A stretch of 64,000 nucleotides of DNA from Bacteroidota bacterium (GTDB lineage: Bacteria > Bacteroidota > Ignavibacteria > UBA10030 > UBA8401), in assembly GCA_049317705.1 (NCBI GenBank), contig JBMOHT010000003.1:165-64164 (forward strand), written 5' to 3'. Numbering within the stretch: the first letter of the stretch is position 1; each line of letters opens with the position of its first letter. Made by a program: the position numbers and the translations under genes. Below, in pieces: positions 48,879 through 58,377 of the stretch. The notes beneath the pieces were generated by a model that saw only the letters and a list, made by a program, of their open reading frames with translations, was not told the origin of the DNA and did not search any database.

Positions 48879-50576
48879 GTGAAGACCCGACCCCAGACAT
48901 CACGTTCCGAATCAGAATTGTTATCACTGTTCGAATTCAGCAATATTGTCAATTCCTCCCTCGATCTTTCTTTTGTTCTTGACTCACTGCTCCTTACACT
49001 GATGGGTAAACTGCTGACAACGAAAGCAGTGATCCTTCTTCATTCAGGAAAAAAGCAATTCGCCGTCGTGAACGGGAAAGGTGTCCCGAAGAATTTCCTG
49101 AAACAACAGATAGAATTCCCGTCGCTCCGCAAGAAACGCACACGGATCGATGCGTCATTCAGTGAACCGCTGAGTTCGAACGGGATCAATTATCTCTTTC
49201 CGATCATTTCTCAGGAGCACATCCTCGGATATTTCGGTGTGAGTGAAAATGCAAAACGTCCCATCGACACCGAGCTGAGCAGATTCGTCGAGACTATCAT
49301 CAGTATCTCCGCTACAGCGATCGAGAAAAGTTTTTCATTCGCCGACGTGAAGAAGGTCAACCGGTCACTGGACGAAAAGGTCCATCAGCTGAAGACGCTG
49401 TTCGAACTGGCGAAGGAATTCGGCGGGATCCTCGATCAGCAGAAATTACTCAAGTTATTCTCGCTGACATTGATGGGACAGGTTGGTACGAGCCGGTACG
49501 CCATCTGTCTTAAGGAAGGGAAGAGTATCTATTCAAAAATCTCCGGCAGTTACCTTGAAACGGACAAGGCGCTGATCTTCGATCTTGTTTCTTCTCCGCT
49601 GCTTGTCTCTGCGATCCCTTTAAAGAAAAAATATGAAACACTTCACGGACATCTTGCTCATGAGAAGATCGTGGCGATGGTCCCGCTGCAGATGCAGAGC
49701 GAAGTAAAAGGTGTTCTCTGTCTCGGTGAGAGACTCCGGGGCGGGATCTATTCCGAGAGCGATCTGGAATTCATCTTCTCGCTCGCGAATCTTGCATTCG
49801 TGTCGCTGGAGAATTCCCGGCTGTTCGATGATGCCATCGAGAAGAAGAAACTGGAGAGTGAACTGCTGATCGCGCGGGAGATCCAGCAGGGACTGCTGCC
49901 GCGGGAATTGCCGGTGATCAAAGGATTCGATGTTGCTGCGGTGAACATCTCCTCGAAACAGGTCGGCGGTGATTACTACGATGTGATCCCGACGGAAGAT
50001 GGCAAATTCATGATCGTGATCGCCGATGTTTCCGGCAAAGGAACTCCGGCATCACTGTTGATGGCGAATGTTCAGGCGACCGTGCATGCACTCGTGCCGT
50101 TCAATCTTTCCCTGTCGATCGCCACGGCACGCGTGAACGATCTGATCTACCGGAATACCGGTTCCGATAAATTCATCACATTCTTTTGGGGGTCGGTCGA
50201 TCCGGCAACCCGCACATTCCGCTATGTGAACGCTGGACACAATCCTCCGATAGTGTTGAGGACAGACGGCAGAGTGGAACGGCTTTCCGAAGGGGGACTG
50301 ATCCTTGGTGTGATGAAAACGATGATCCCGTATGAAGAAGGGAGTATCGTTCTTGAGAAGGGGGAGAGCATCATCCTGTATACGGATGGTGTCAGTGAAG
50401 CAATGGATATCAATGGTGTGGATTATACTGAAGAACGGCTCGAGGAGTTCGTCCGGCTGCAACGGGACGGCACAGCCGAGCATACGCTTGCGGCGATCAA
50501 GAATGAGATCGAACGTCACACACTCGGAGCACCGCAGTCCGATGACATCACCATGGTCGTGCTGAAGGCCCGATAA
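48879..50576 (+). CDS. Soluble GAF-domain PP2C-type phosphatase (RsbU/SpoIIE family)
   Basis: GAF region(s) then PP2C blocks (GGDYYDVIP, ADVSGKGTPASLLMA, LYTDGVSEA, DDITMVV). Confidence 0.8.
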   Translation: MKTRPQTSRSESELLSLFEFSNIVNSSLDLSFVLDSLLLTLMGKLLTTKAVILLHSGKKQFAVVNGKGVPKNFLKQQIEFPSLRKKRTRIDASFSEPLSSNGINYLFPIISQEHILGYFGVSENAKRPIDTELSRFVETIISISATAIEKSFSFADVKKVNRSLDEKVHQLKTLFELAKEFGGILDQQKLLKLFSLTLMGQVGTSRYAICLKEGKSIYSKISGSYLETDKALIFDLVSSPLLVSAIPLKKKYETLHGHLAHEKIVAMVPLQMQSEVKGVLCLGERLRGGIYSESDLEFIFSLANLAFVSLENSRLFDDAIEKKKLESELLIAREIQQGLLPRELPVIKGFDVAAVNISSKQVGGDYYDVIPTEDGKFMIVIADVSGKGTPASLLMANVQATVHALVPFNLSLSIATARVNDLIYRNTGSDKFITFFWGSVDPATRTFRYVNAGHNPPIVLRTDGRVERLSEGGLILGVMKTMIPYEEGSIVLEKGESIILYTDGVSEAMDINGVDYTEERLEEFVRLQRDGTAEHTLAAIKNEIERHTLGAPQSDDITMVVLKAR

Positions 50577-50602
50577 ATTCCTTCAGTATCCCTCATCCTT
50601 TT

Positions 50603-51559
50603 TTGATTTCCAACGAGTCTTTCGTATTTTCCACCATGCAAAACACGATCGAATTCTTTTTTTTTCGCATCCTTCTTCTTCTCATCCGATCCTTCAGCTT
50701 TAATTCCGTACAGAAACTGGGTGATGCATTCGGCATCTTCATCTACTCTGTCATAGGATTGCGGAAGGGCCTTGTCCTTTCCAATCTGCGTCACGCATTC
50801 CCTGAAAAGACCGAAGAAGAGATCCGATCCATTGCAAAAGGTTCCTACCGTAATCTTTTCACCGCATATTTCGAGATCCTGTATCTCGATAGGTTGAGTG
50901 CTGATGATCTGAAGCGGATGATCTCGTTTCCCGATATCCGGAAGATCTCCGACGCATTGAAAAAGAATAAAGGACTCATCCTGCTTTCCGGACATTATGG
51001 GAACTGGGAATTGCTTGCGCTTTCTGTGCCGGTGCTCTCGGGAAATTATTATACGATGGTGGTTCAAAAACAACGAAATCCTCATATCGACCGTTATATG
51101 ACAGCAATGAGGACCAGATTGGGGAATCAAGTGGTCGTGATGGAACGTGCATTCCGGGAATTACTGAGGACATTATCGAATAACGGAACGGTAGCATTGC
51201 TTGCGGACCAAAGCGGACCGGAGAGCGGGATCTACACCGAATTCTTCGGACGGATGACATCGACGCATCAGGGGCCGGCGGTGCTGCAGGTAAGAACCGG
51301 TGCACCAATGATCATCGGATTATTGGTCCGCGAAGGACCGGGGAAATTTCGTGTTGAGCTTGAAGAGATCGATACCACCGGTCTTACCGGGACAAACGAA
51401 GAGAAGATGCAGCAGATCAGTCAGCGTCATGTGAGTGTTCTTGAAAAACATATACGGCGGCATCCTGAGCACTGGCTGTGGATGCACAAACGGTGGAAAC
51501 ATACCGAATCATATATGAAGAAGCAGGCTGCGGCAGCAGCGAAGGACATTGATCAATGA
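50603..51559 (+). CDS. Lipid A biosynthesis (Kdo2-lipid IVA) late acyltransferase, LpxL/HtrB family
   Basis: N-terminal TM, LPLAT/HtrB blocks (LLSGHYGNWEL catalytic HX4E-like region); alternative start at 50636 possible. Confidence 0.7.
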   Translation: MISNESFVFSTMQNTIEFFFFRILLLLIRSFSFNSVQKLGDAFGIFIYSVIGLRKGLVLSNLRHAFPEKTEEEIRSIAKGSYRNLFTAYFEILYLDRLSADDLKRMISFPDIRKISDALKKNKGLILLSGHYGNWELLALSVPVLSGNYYTMVVQKQRNPHIDRYMTAMRTRLGNQVVVMERAFRELLRTLSNNGTVALLADQSGPESGIYTEFFGRMTSTHQGPAVLQVRTGAPMIIGLLVREGPGKFRVELEEIDTTGLTGTNEEKMQQISQRHVSVLEKHIRRHPEHWLWMHKRWKHTESYMKKQAAAAAKDIDQ

Positions 51560-52596
51560 AAGAACCGGCACGCATACTCGTCTTTCAGACAGCGTTCCTC
51601 GGTGATGTCATCCTCACGCTGCCGATGATCCAGCTGCTTCACGCACGGTATCCTTCAGCGGAGATCGATGTTGTTACGACACCGAATGCCGCCGAATTCC
51701 TGATGAATCATCCCGCCATATCCAACATCATTAAATATGATAAACGGAAGGTGCAAAAAGGTCTTAAAGGAATTGCGGCAATGTCCGTCTTCCTGAGCAA
51801 AAGAAATTACGACCTCGCCGTTGTTCCGCACCGTTCGTTCAGGACATCGATGATCATCACGCTGAGTGGAATAAAAGAACGGATCGGTTTCTCCACGGCC
51901 TCCGTAGCGTTTTTGTATAACCATGTCGTTCGCTACGAGAAGAATTTTCACGAGATCGACCGCAACATATCGCTCCTGCAGCCGCTCGGGATACAGAATC
52001 CAGATCGTGAACTTCCCCGATTATATCCGTCCAAAACGGATAAAGAGTATATCAATAAATTTTTGTTCGAGCGGGAACTGCTGAATCAGGAACGGATGAT
52101 CGCGATCGCACCGGGGTCAGTATGGAACACCAAACGATGGCCGGCGGAACGGTATGCACAATCTGCAGTGATGCTGGCTGAAGCCGGATTTGAACTGCTG
52201 ATCGTCGGAGGGAAAGAGGATGAGGAACTTGGTGCGGCGATCGTTGAGACGGCGAAGCATAAACATATCTATAACGCGGTGGGGAAACTTTCGCTGCTGC
52301 AGTCCGCTGAACTGATCGGACGCTGCAATGTGCTGATCACGAACGACAGCGCTCCGCTGCATATCGCGGTAGCGATGAGAACGCCGGTGGCAGCGATATT
52401 CGGCGCTACCGTTCCGGCATTCGGGTTCGGTCCGTATGGGGACCATGATATTGTGATCGAAACGAAGGACCTGAAATGCCGGCCGTGTGCCATTCACGGC
52501 GGTAAGGAATGTCCCATCGGGACATTTGTCTGTATGAAGAATATCGAAGCGGAAATGGTCTACCAAAAAGTATTACGCATGATCACATCACTCTAG
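51556..52596 (+). CDS. ADP-heptose:LPS heptosyltransferase (GT9, WaaF/WaaC family)
   Basis: RILVFQTAFLGDVILTLP N-terminus and GT9 C-terminal blocks (ITNDSAPLHIA); ATGA overlap with upstream gene. Confidence 0.75.
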   Translation: MKEPARILVFQTAFLGDVILTLPMIQLLHARYPSAEIDVVTTPNAAEFLMNHPAISNIIKYDKRKVQKGLKGIAAMSVFLSKRNYDLAVVPHRSFRTSMIITLSGIKERIGFSTASVAFLYNHVVRYEKNFHEIDRNISLLQPLGIQNPDRELPRLYPSKTDKEYINKFLFERELLNQERMIAIAPGSVWNTKRWPAERYAQSAVMLAEAGFELLIVGGKEDEELGAAIVETAKHKHIYNAVGKLSLLQSAELIGRCNVLITNDSAPLHIAVAMRTPVAAIFGATVPAFGFGPYGDHDIVIETKDLKCRPCAIHGGKECPIGTFVCMKNIEAEMVYQKVLRMITSL

Positions 52597-52867
52597 TCCG
52601 CGCATGTATGCGGACCATCTCTCTCTTCCTATCGCCGTTATTAAAAATATAGCAAATAATATTGTTCATGCGAGCAAGCCCGCCTTTGGCGGGCAAGATG
52701 TCGCCGTTAAGAAATTCTTCCCCTAATGGGGTCCCTTCGGGAGACGCGGCATACGAAAAAAATGACAGCCTTGCTCAGGTCCAAAGGACTCCTTCGGAGA
52801 TGAACAGTTCGGCGACATCGCGCCGAAGCATGATCGAAAAATTCAGCCGTCCATAATTGAAGCGGCA

Positions 52868-55165
52868 CTAAAATTCCGTCGAACTTCCCGTTGATAACGT
52901 ATCCGCCGTCTGATGCAGATCGCACTGTGCCGGAGGATATTTTGAATTGAAGATGTCGGTGATCTTCACGGGACAGAATTGTGTGGCAAGTTTCTTCGAT
53001 TCAGCGCAGATGGTATCGCGCTCCACACCGTTCGGGACCTTGAAATACGGCTGTGTAATGGGAATGGTCTTATCTTCATACACATATTTCATGAATCGGC
53101 CGAAGAGAGGAGCTGCTGCGCGTCCGCCTTGGCCGTCTGCCGAATTGAACGTGATGGATTGATCATCGAAGCCGACCCACATTCCAGCCGCAAGCTGCGG
53201 AGTGAATCCCACGAACCATGCGTCGGTATAATCCTGCGTTGTTCCCGTTTTCCCTGCAGCAGGATAGTGGAAGAAATTCCTGATGCGGGCACCTGAACCG
53301 AGCGGATTGTTGATGACATCTTCCATCATGCTCGTCATGATATACGCCGTCTCTTTGCTCAACACTTCTTTCTTCTCCGGATAATTCTCTTCAATGATGT
53401 TCCCGTCCTTATCCTCGATCTTCAGAATGGAATTCGGTTCCACCAACACACCTTCATTCGCGAAGACTCCGAATGCCGAGGTCATCTCAAGAGGAGTCAC
53501 CTGCGCGGTACCAAGCGCAATGGATTCATACGGCGGGATTGGGGATTTGATCCCCATGCGTTTCGCATATTCCACCACTTCCTCCTTCGGTGCGATCTCC
53601 ATAATGGCGCGTACCGCAACAAGGTTCAGCGAACGGGTGAGTGCGTTACGGAGCGTTGATTTACCTCCGACATCGCCTTCAAAGTTTCCCGGTGTCCATC
53701 GTGTACCGTCGGCCATTTCGACCGTTACGGGTTGATTGAGCAACTCATATGTCGGCGGGAATCCGTTATCGATCGCCACAGTATAGACGAACGGTTTGAA
53801 TGACGAACCGGGCTGGCGACGGATCTGCGTGACGTGATTCAATCCGTACCGGAATGTGCGGAAATTCCTTCCGCCGACCATGGCACGGATGCCGCCGGTC
53901 TTCGGATCGATCGCAACGAAACCGACCTCGATGGACTGCCAGATGTTCTTGATGGAATCTATGAACGCCGGATCACTTTTCAGTGCGGTGAGGATGCTGT
54001 CCTTATTCGAATACCGTCGATAGAGCATTGACTGCCGTGCTGCACGGTCGAGGATCTTCTCGAGCAGAACAGGTTTACGGTTCCAATTCCAGATCTTATT
54101 GAACTGTTCCTGCTTCTCTGCAAGATGTTCTTCTACGGCCCGGTTGGCATACCGCTGCATGCGGCTGTCGAGCGTCGTATAAATGGAGAGTCCTTCTTTA
54201 TAGATATTGAAACCGTATTTCTCCGCTTTGTCCCGCATCTGCTGACGGATATATTCTACGAAATGCGGAGCGAGCCCGAGCGGTGCTTCCTCATTTGTCG
54301 TGAAGGACATCGGTTCGGATTTCACTTTCTCTGCCTGTTCTTTGGAGAGCCGTCCGGCCTGCACCATCAACGATAATACCAGGTCGCGTCTCGTAAACGC
54401 ACGGTCCGGATGTTTCTGCGGATCGTAGTATGCCGGTCCATTCAGAATGGCGACGAGCATTGCGGATTCTCCCAGGGAGAGTTCCATCACCTGCTTGCCG
54501 AAATAGACTCCGGCGGCGGCGGAAATGCCGTAGACACTTCGACCAAAATAGATCTCATTCAGATACATCTCGATGATCTCTTTTTTCGTGAAATTCTTTT
54601 CGATCTGAACGGATGTGAAGAACTCCCTGAACTTTCGAGTAGCTTTGTCGAACGTATTCTCATCGGCTTTCTGGAAACTGTAAAGATTCCGTGCCAGCTG
54701 CTGAGTGATGGTGCTGGCACCTTCTTTCAACCGGAGAGAGAGGACGTTCTTGATCATCGCACGGAGAAACCGCCACGGTGTAATGCCCCAATGGTCGTAG
54801 AAATTCTTATCCTCGGTGGAGATGAGCGCATCGATCACACTTTGGGGAATGGAGTCGTACGGAACGTAGGAGCGGTTCTTCGTGGAATAGAAAGTGGAAA
54901 GTACTTCGCCGTCGATGGAATACACTTTGGTGGCAAGTTCGGGTTTCGGATTCTCAAGATCTTCGAGAGAGGGGAGACCGGCAACGATGTAATTATAATA
55001 GAACGCCATCATGATGATGAATATTCCCCCGGCGCCGAAGAAGTAATAGCGGTATTTGCGAAAGAATCCGCGGCTGCGGTTGAGCAGTTCCTCACGATAC
55101 TTCGGATCGTTGAAGTATTTCTTCATCTCGTCGGAACTGTATTTTGGTCTTTTCTTCTCTGCCAT
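52868..55165 (-). CDS. mrcA: Class A penicillin-binding protein 1A (bifunctional glycosyltransferase/transpeptidase)
   Basis: GT51 motifs (EDKNFYDHWG, GASTITQQL), transpeptidase SxxK/SxN/KTG (SSFKPF, KTGTT); 765 aa. Confidence 0.9.
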   Translation of the reverse strand: MAEKKRPKYSSDEMKKYFNDPKYREELLNRSRGFFRKYRYYFFGAGGIFIIMMAFYYNYIVAGLPSLEDLENPKPELATKVYSIDGEVLSTFYSTKNRSYVPYDSIPQSVIDALISTEDKNFYDHWGITPWRFLRAMIKNVLSLRLKEGASTITQQLARNLYSFQKADENTFDKATRKFREFFTSVQIEKNFTKKEIIEMYLNEIYFGRSVYGISAAAGVYFGKQVMELSLGESAMLVAILNGPAYYDPQKHPDRAFTRRDLVLSLMVQAGRLSKEQAEKVKSEPMSFTTNEEAPLGLAPHFVEYIRQQMRDKAEKYGFNIYKEGLSIYTTLDSRMQRYANRAVEEHLAEKQEQFNKIWNWNRKPVLLEKILDRAARQSMLYRRYSNKDSILTALKSDPAFIDSIKNIWQSIEVGFVAIDPKTGGIRAMVGGRNFRTFRYGLNHVTQIRRQPGSSFKPFVYTVAIDNGFPPTYELLNQPVTVEMADGTRWTPGNFEGDVGGKSTLRNALTRSLNLVAVRAIMEIAPKEEVVEYAKRMGIKSPIPPYESIALGTAQVTPLEMTSAFGVFANEGVLVEPNSILKIEDKDGNIIEENYPEKKEVLSKETAYIMTSMMEDVINNPLGSGARIRNFFHYPAAGKTGTTQDYTDAWFVGFTPQLAAGMWVGFDDQSITFNSADGQGGRAAAPLFGRFMKYVYEDKTIPITQPYFKVPNGVERDTICAESKKLATQFCPVKITDIFNSKYPPAQCDLHQTADTLSTGSSTEF

Positions 55166-55179
55166 AATCGCTCAATAGA

Positions 55180-55995
55180 TTACTTGGAACGTTTTACCGA
55201 AGTTCGTGTCTGATTGGCCTTCTTCGCCGGATTCTTTTTCTTCGTTTCACTTTTGATCTCAGATTCGGGGAATTCTTTCCATTCTTTCAATTCAAGAGTT
55301 GTGCCGTCGAACTCTGCAAACGTATTGTAGTTCAGCCAGTCACCGAGATTGATATAGAGTCCGTTGCCCGATGGATGCCGAAGCGGTTTGTGACGATGTC
55401 CCATCACGACGAAATCATATCCCTCGCCGAGCTTCTCATCTGCGAACTTGATCATTCCGTCGGTCTCACCGAAATCTTTGGTCCCCGTATATGCCCGGCT
55501 GGTCTTCGATGTCCCGCGTGCAAGCGGCGCGGTCCAGTCAGGATGCAGGATCGAGAACAGGAAGATGCAGATGCGGCTGCGGAGGATCTTCTTCAGGATG
55601 AGATAACCAGTATCATTCAACGCCAGGCCGTCGCCGTGATGAAGATAGAACTTCTTATCGCGAAGCGTGATGCCGAACGGCTCTTTATACACCTGAATTC
55701 CGAGATCGTTCGGGAAGAAATCCTTCAGCCAGAAATCGTGATTGCCTGCTATATAATGGATCTTGATCCCGTGTTCCACCATGGAGCCGAGCTTGGAAAG
55801 GACATGATGATACCCGCGGGGGATGACATATTTATACTCGAACCAGTAATCGAACAAATCGCCCATAATGAACAATTGTTCGCCGTGCTGCTCTACATGT
55901 GACAAGAATTTCAGCAGCCGCTGTTCTTTCAGCTTTTCCTGCGTGGAATCCTGAAGTCCTAAATGAACATCGGAAAAAAAGAAGATCTTCTTCAT
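55180..55995 (-). CDS. LpxH-like UDP-2,3-diacylglucosamine pyrophosphatase / calcineurin-like metallophosphoesterase
   Basis: Start moved to internal Met at 55995 (MKKIFFFSDVHLG); metallophosphoesterase motifs DVHLG, GDLFDYW, GNHD, GHRH; Lys-rich C-terminal tail. Confidence 0.65.
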   Translation of the reverse strand: MKKIFFFSDVHLGLQDSTQEKLKEQRLLKFLSHVEQHGEQLFIMGDLFDYWFEYKYVIPRGYHHVLSKLGSMVEHGIKIHYIAGNHDFWLKDFFPNDLGIQVYKEPFGITLRDKKFYLHHGDGLALNDTGYLILKKILRSRICIFLFSILHPDWTAPLARGTSKTSRAYTGTKDFGETDGMIKFADEKLGEGYDFVVMGHRHKPLRHPSGNGLYINLGDWLNYNTFAEFDGTTLELKEWKEFPESEIKSETKKKNPAKKANQTRTSVKRSK

Positions 55996-56417
55996 CGCTT
56001 GATCTCTACGGTTATCTCGACCGGCTGACTGAACCGGCTGCACCATCCGTCCTTTTCAGAACAATAAAAATAGTTCAGTTTCCCTTTGATCACTGCTTTC
56101 CCCGAGAGAGAATTGTTCTTCGCATTCAGTGTGACCGCTACCGGTGATGCTGTTTCAAGATAATCCTTATCAGTTTTTTTGTATTGAGGTTTTCCCGAAA
56201 GTTCGAATGGGGAATCTTTGGCAAGGACGAATTCGACCGCCGGTGTCGTATTGATATGTATCCCTTCATTCGGGGTAAGATGGAACGCAACTGCGACGGA
56301 GGTCTTTTTGGCGACCGTGGTTTGAATGGAGAGTTCCATCTTTACATGTTCATTCACTGCGGGGGACTGCATCGCCGGCAATGTCATGAAGAGCAGAACA
56401 AGAATTGAATTGATCAT
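55992..56417 (-). CDS. Small secreted protein of unknown function
   Basis: Signal peptide MINSILVLLFMTLPAMQSPA; two Cys near C-terminus (CSEKDGWC); translationally coupled on both sides. Confidence 0.45.
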   Translation of the reverse strand: MINSILVLLFMTLPAMQSPAVNEHVKMELSIQTTVAKKTSVAVAFHLTPNEGIHINTTPAVEFVLAKDSPFELSGKPQYKKTDKDYLETASPVAVTLNAKNNSLSGKAVIKGKLNYFYCSEKDGWCSRFSQPVEITVEIKR

Positions 56418-57691
56418 TAGGAATGTTCCTCGATAGTTCTGACGTGGACCTTGTCGCTGACACGTTCCAACAGGATGAGGCCGGCAATGAAAAAGAGACC
56501 GATCGTCAGGACGGAAAAGCGCTGGTCATTGGTAATATACGAAATCAGGCCGAACAAAAAAGTACCGACAACTGCGGAAGCTTTTCCGCACAAGCCGTCA
56601 TAGAATCCGAAGAATTCCGCTTCACGTTCTTTCGGAGTCAGCTGCGCCATCAAACTTCTGCTTGCCGCTTGTGATGCTCCCATGGAACTTCCGGCAACCG
56701 CTCCGATGATGTAGAACATTTCTTTGGATTGAGCAACATATGCAGCAGCGACAACACCGATCCAGATGACGAGATTGACCGCGATGGTCCGTTTAGCGCC
56801 GATCTTGTCCGTGACAACACCGAAGAAGAGTGAACCGATGATGCCGGATGCCTGCACGACCGCAAACAGGACAAGCACCTCTTTGAGCGTGAAGTGAAGT
56901 GTCTGCGTGGCGAAGATGGATGCAAAAGAGATCACGGTGAGGATGCCGTCGTTGTAGATGAAGAATGCCAGCAGAAAACGTGACACGTTCTTGTAGTTCT
57001 TCAAATGTCCTATAGTTTCACTGACGCGTTGAATGCCCGCTTTCACATAGGAGACTTTATATTCGAACTTTGTTTTATGGTCCCGCAGAAAGATGAACAA
57101 CGGTGCGGAAAAGAGAAGGAATATCCCCGCCGCGATCAAGAAACTTTCTTTGATGTTGTGAAGATTCTCCTGCACAAATCCATCCGCATAGAGCGGCATG
57201 GCGATCAGCAGCGTTACCAGCGAACCGACATATCCCATCGCAAAACCGTAACCGGAGACACGGCCGTAGCTTCGTTCCGTCGTCAGATTGGGGAGGAACG
57301 CGTCATAGAAGACCAATCCTCCTTCGAAACCCACATTGGCGATGATGAAGAGCGCCATTCCAGTGACAATCATTCCCGCATCCACAAAATAGAGAAGGGC
57401 AGTGGAGAGGATGCTGACGATGGTGAATCCGAAGAGGAATCGTTTTCTGCGTGAGGAAAAATCCGCCGCCGCACCGAGGACCGGAGCGATGAGCGCAGTG
57501 AGGAGCATGGAGATGCTGACGGCAATTCCCCAAAGCAGATCCCCTTTACCGCTTCCGCCGGCGACGATCTCCTTAAAATAGAGGGAGTAGCCGACAGCGA
57601 CGATCATGACGGAAAATGACGTGTTGGCAAAATCGAACAACGTCCAAACAAAGATCTGAAATCTGTTCGATTGAGTCGGAGTGAATGCCAT
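56417..57691 (-). CDS. MFS transporter (UMF1/Atg22-like family)
   Basis: 12-TM profile; N-terminal FVWTLFDFANTSFSVMIV block typical of UMF1 family. Confidence 0.75.
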   Translation of the reverse strand: MAFTPTQSNRFQIFVWTLFDFANTSFSVMIVAVGYSLYFKEIVAGGSGKGDLLWGIAVSISMLLTALIAPVLGAAADFSSRRKRFLFGFTIVSILSTALLYFVDAGMIVTGMALFIIANVGFEGGLVFYDAFLPNLTTERSYGRVSGYGFAMGYVGSLVTLLIAMPLYADGFVQENLHNIKESFLIAAGIFLLFSAPLFIFLRDHKTKFEYKVSYVKAGIQRVSETIGHLKNYKNVSRFLLAFFIYNDGILTVISFASIFATQTLHFTLKEVLVLFAVVQASGIIGSLFFGVVTDKIGAKRTIAVNLVIWIGVVAAAYVAQSKEMFYIIGAVAGSSMGASQAASRSLMAQLTPKEREAEFFGFYDGLCGKASAVVGTFLFGLISYITNDQRFSVLTIGLFFIAGLILLERVSDKVHVRTIEEHS

Positions 57692-57698
57692 GAAGGAA

Positions 57699-58184
57699 TT
57701 ACGTGTGAGATTTTTTGGATTGTGTATCGAGCAGTCCGCGTCCGGTCTTGTTCAGCGCCCCTTCTTTCTTCAGTTCGATCAGTACGGCATCCATAATGCC
57801 GTTGATGAAGGTACCGCTGCTTTCGGTGCTGTAATCTTTTGCGATCTCGATCGCTTCGTTGATGGAGACTTTCGGAGGAATATCCGGGAAATAGAGGATC
57901 TCGCACAGACTCATGCGGAGCAGGATCTTGTCGATCAGTGCGATGCGGTGGAAATCCCAATGCTCGGATTTTGATTTGAGGCGTTTATCGATCTCCGCCT
58001 GATGGGCAATGGTCTTAATGAACATCGACTGTGCAAAATCGAAATCAGCACCATTCTCCTTCAATTCACTCAGGATCGTGTCAACGACATGCTGCGGTGC
58101 ATCCTTGGAGATCTCAATGGCATACAATGCCTGCATCACTAATTCACGGATCTGGCGGCGTTTCGGTATTTTTTGTTCAGTCAT
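57699..58184 (-). CDS. nusB: Transcription antitermination factor NusB
   Basis: Start moved to internal Met at 58184 (MTEQKIPKRRQIRELVMQALYAIE), conserved NusB N-terminus; 161 aa. Confidence 0.8.
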   Translation of the reverse strand: MTEQKIPKRRQIRELVMQALYAIEISKDAPQHVVDTILSELKENGADFDFAQSMFIKTIAHQAEIDKRLKSKSEHWDFHRIALIDKILLRMSLCEILYFPDIPPKVSINEAIEIAKDYSTESSGTFINGIMDAVLIELKKEGALNKTGRGLLDTQSKKSHT

Positions 58185-58377
58185 GCACAAAGATACGGAA
58201 AAATGAGAAGCAGTGCCACAGATTAAATAAGAGCTGTTACTTGTCTCTCGCAAAGACGCCAAGACGCAAAGATTTTCGAATTTCAATACTTTGCGACTTT
58301 GCGAGAGTTCCTGAATAGAATCTATGGATGCTGGACAGTAATGAAAAAGCGGAGAGTTTTTTGTATTTTATGGACAT

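Noticed and set aside
52662-52856. 64-aa ORF in the waaF/PBP1A convergent spacer
   Set aside because: Pro/Ser/Arg-rich low-complexity translation with no RBS; the region is better explained as structured noncoding RNA or UTR (reported as a finding instead).
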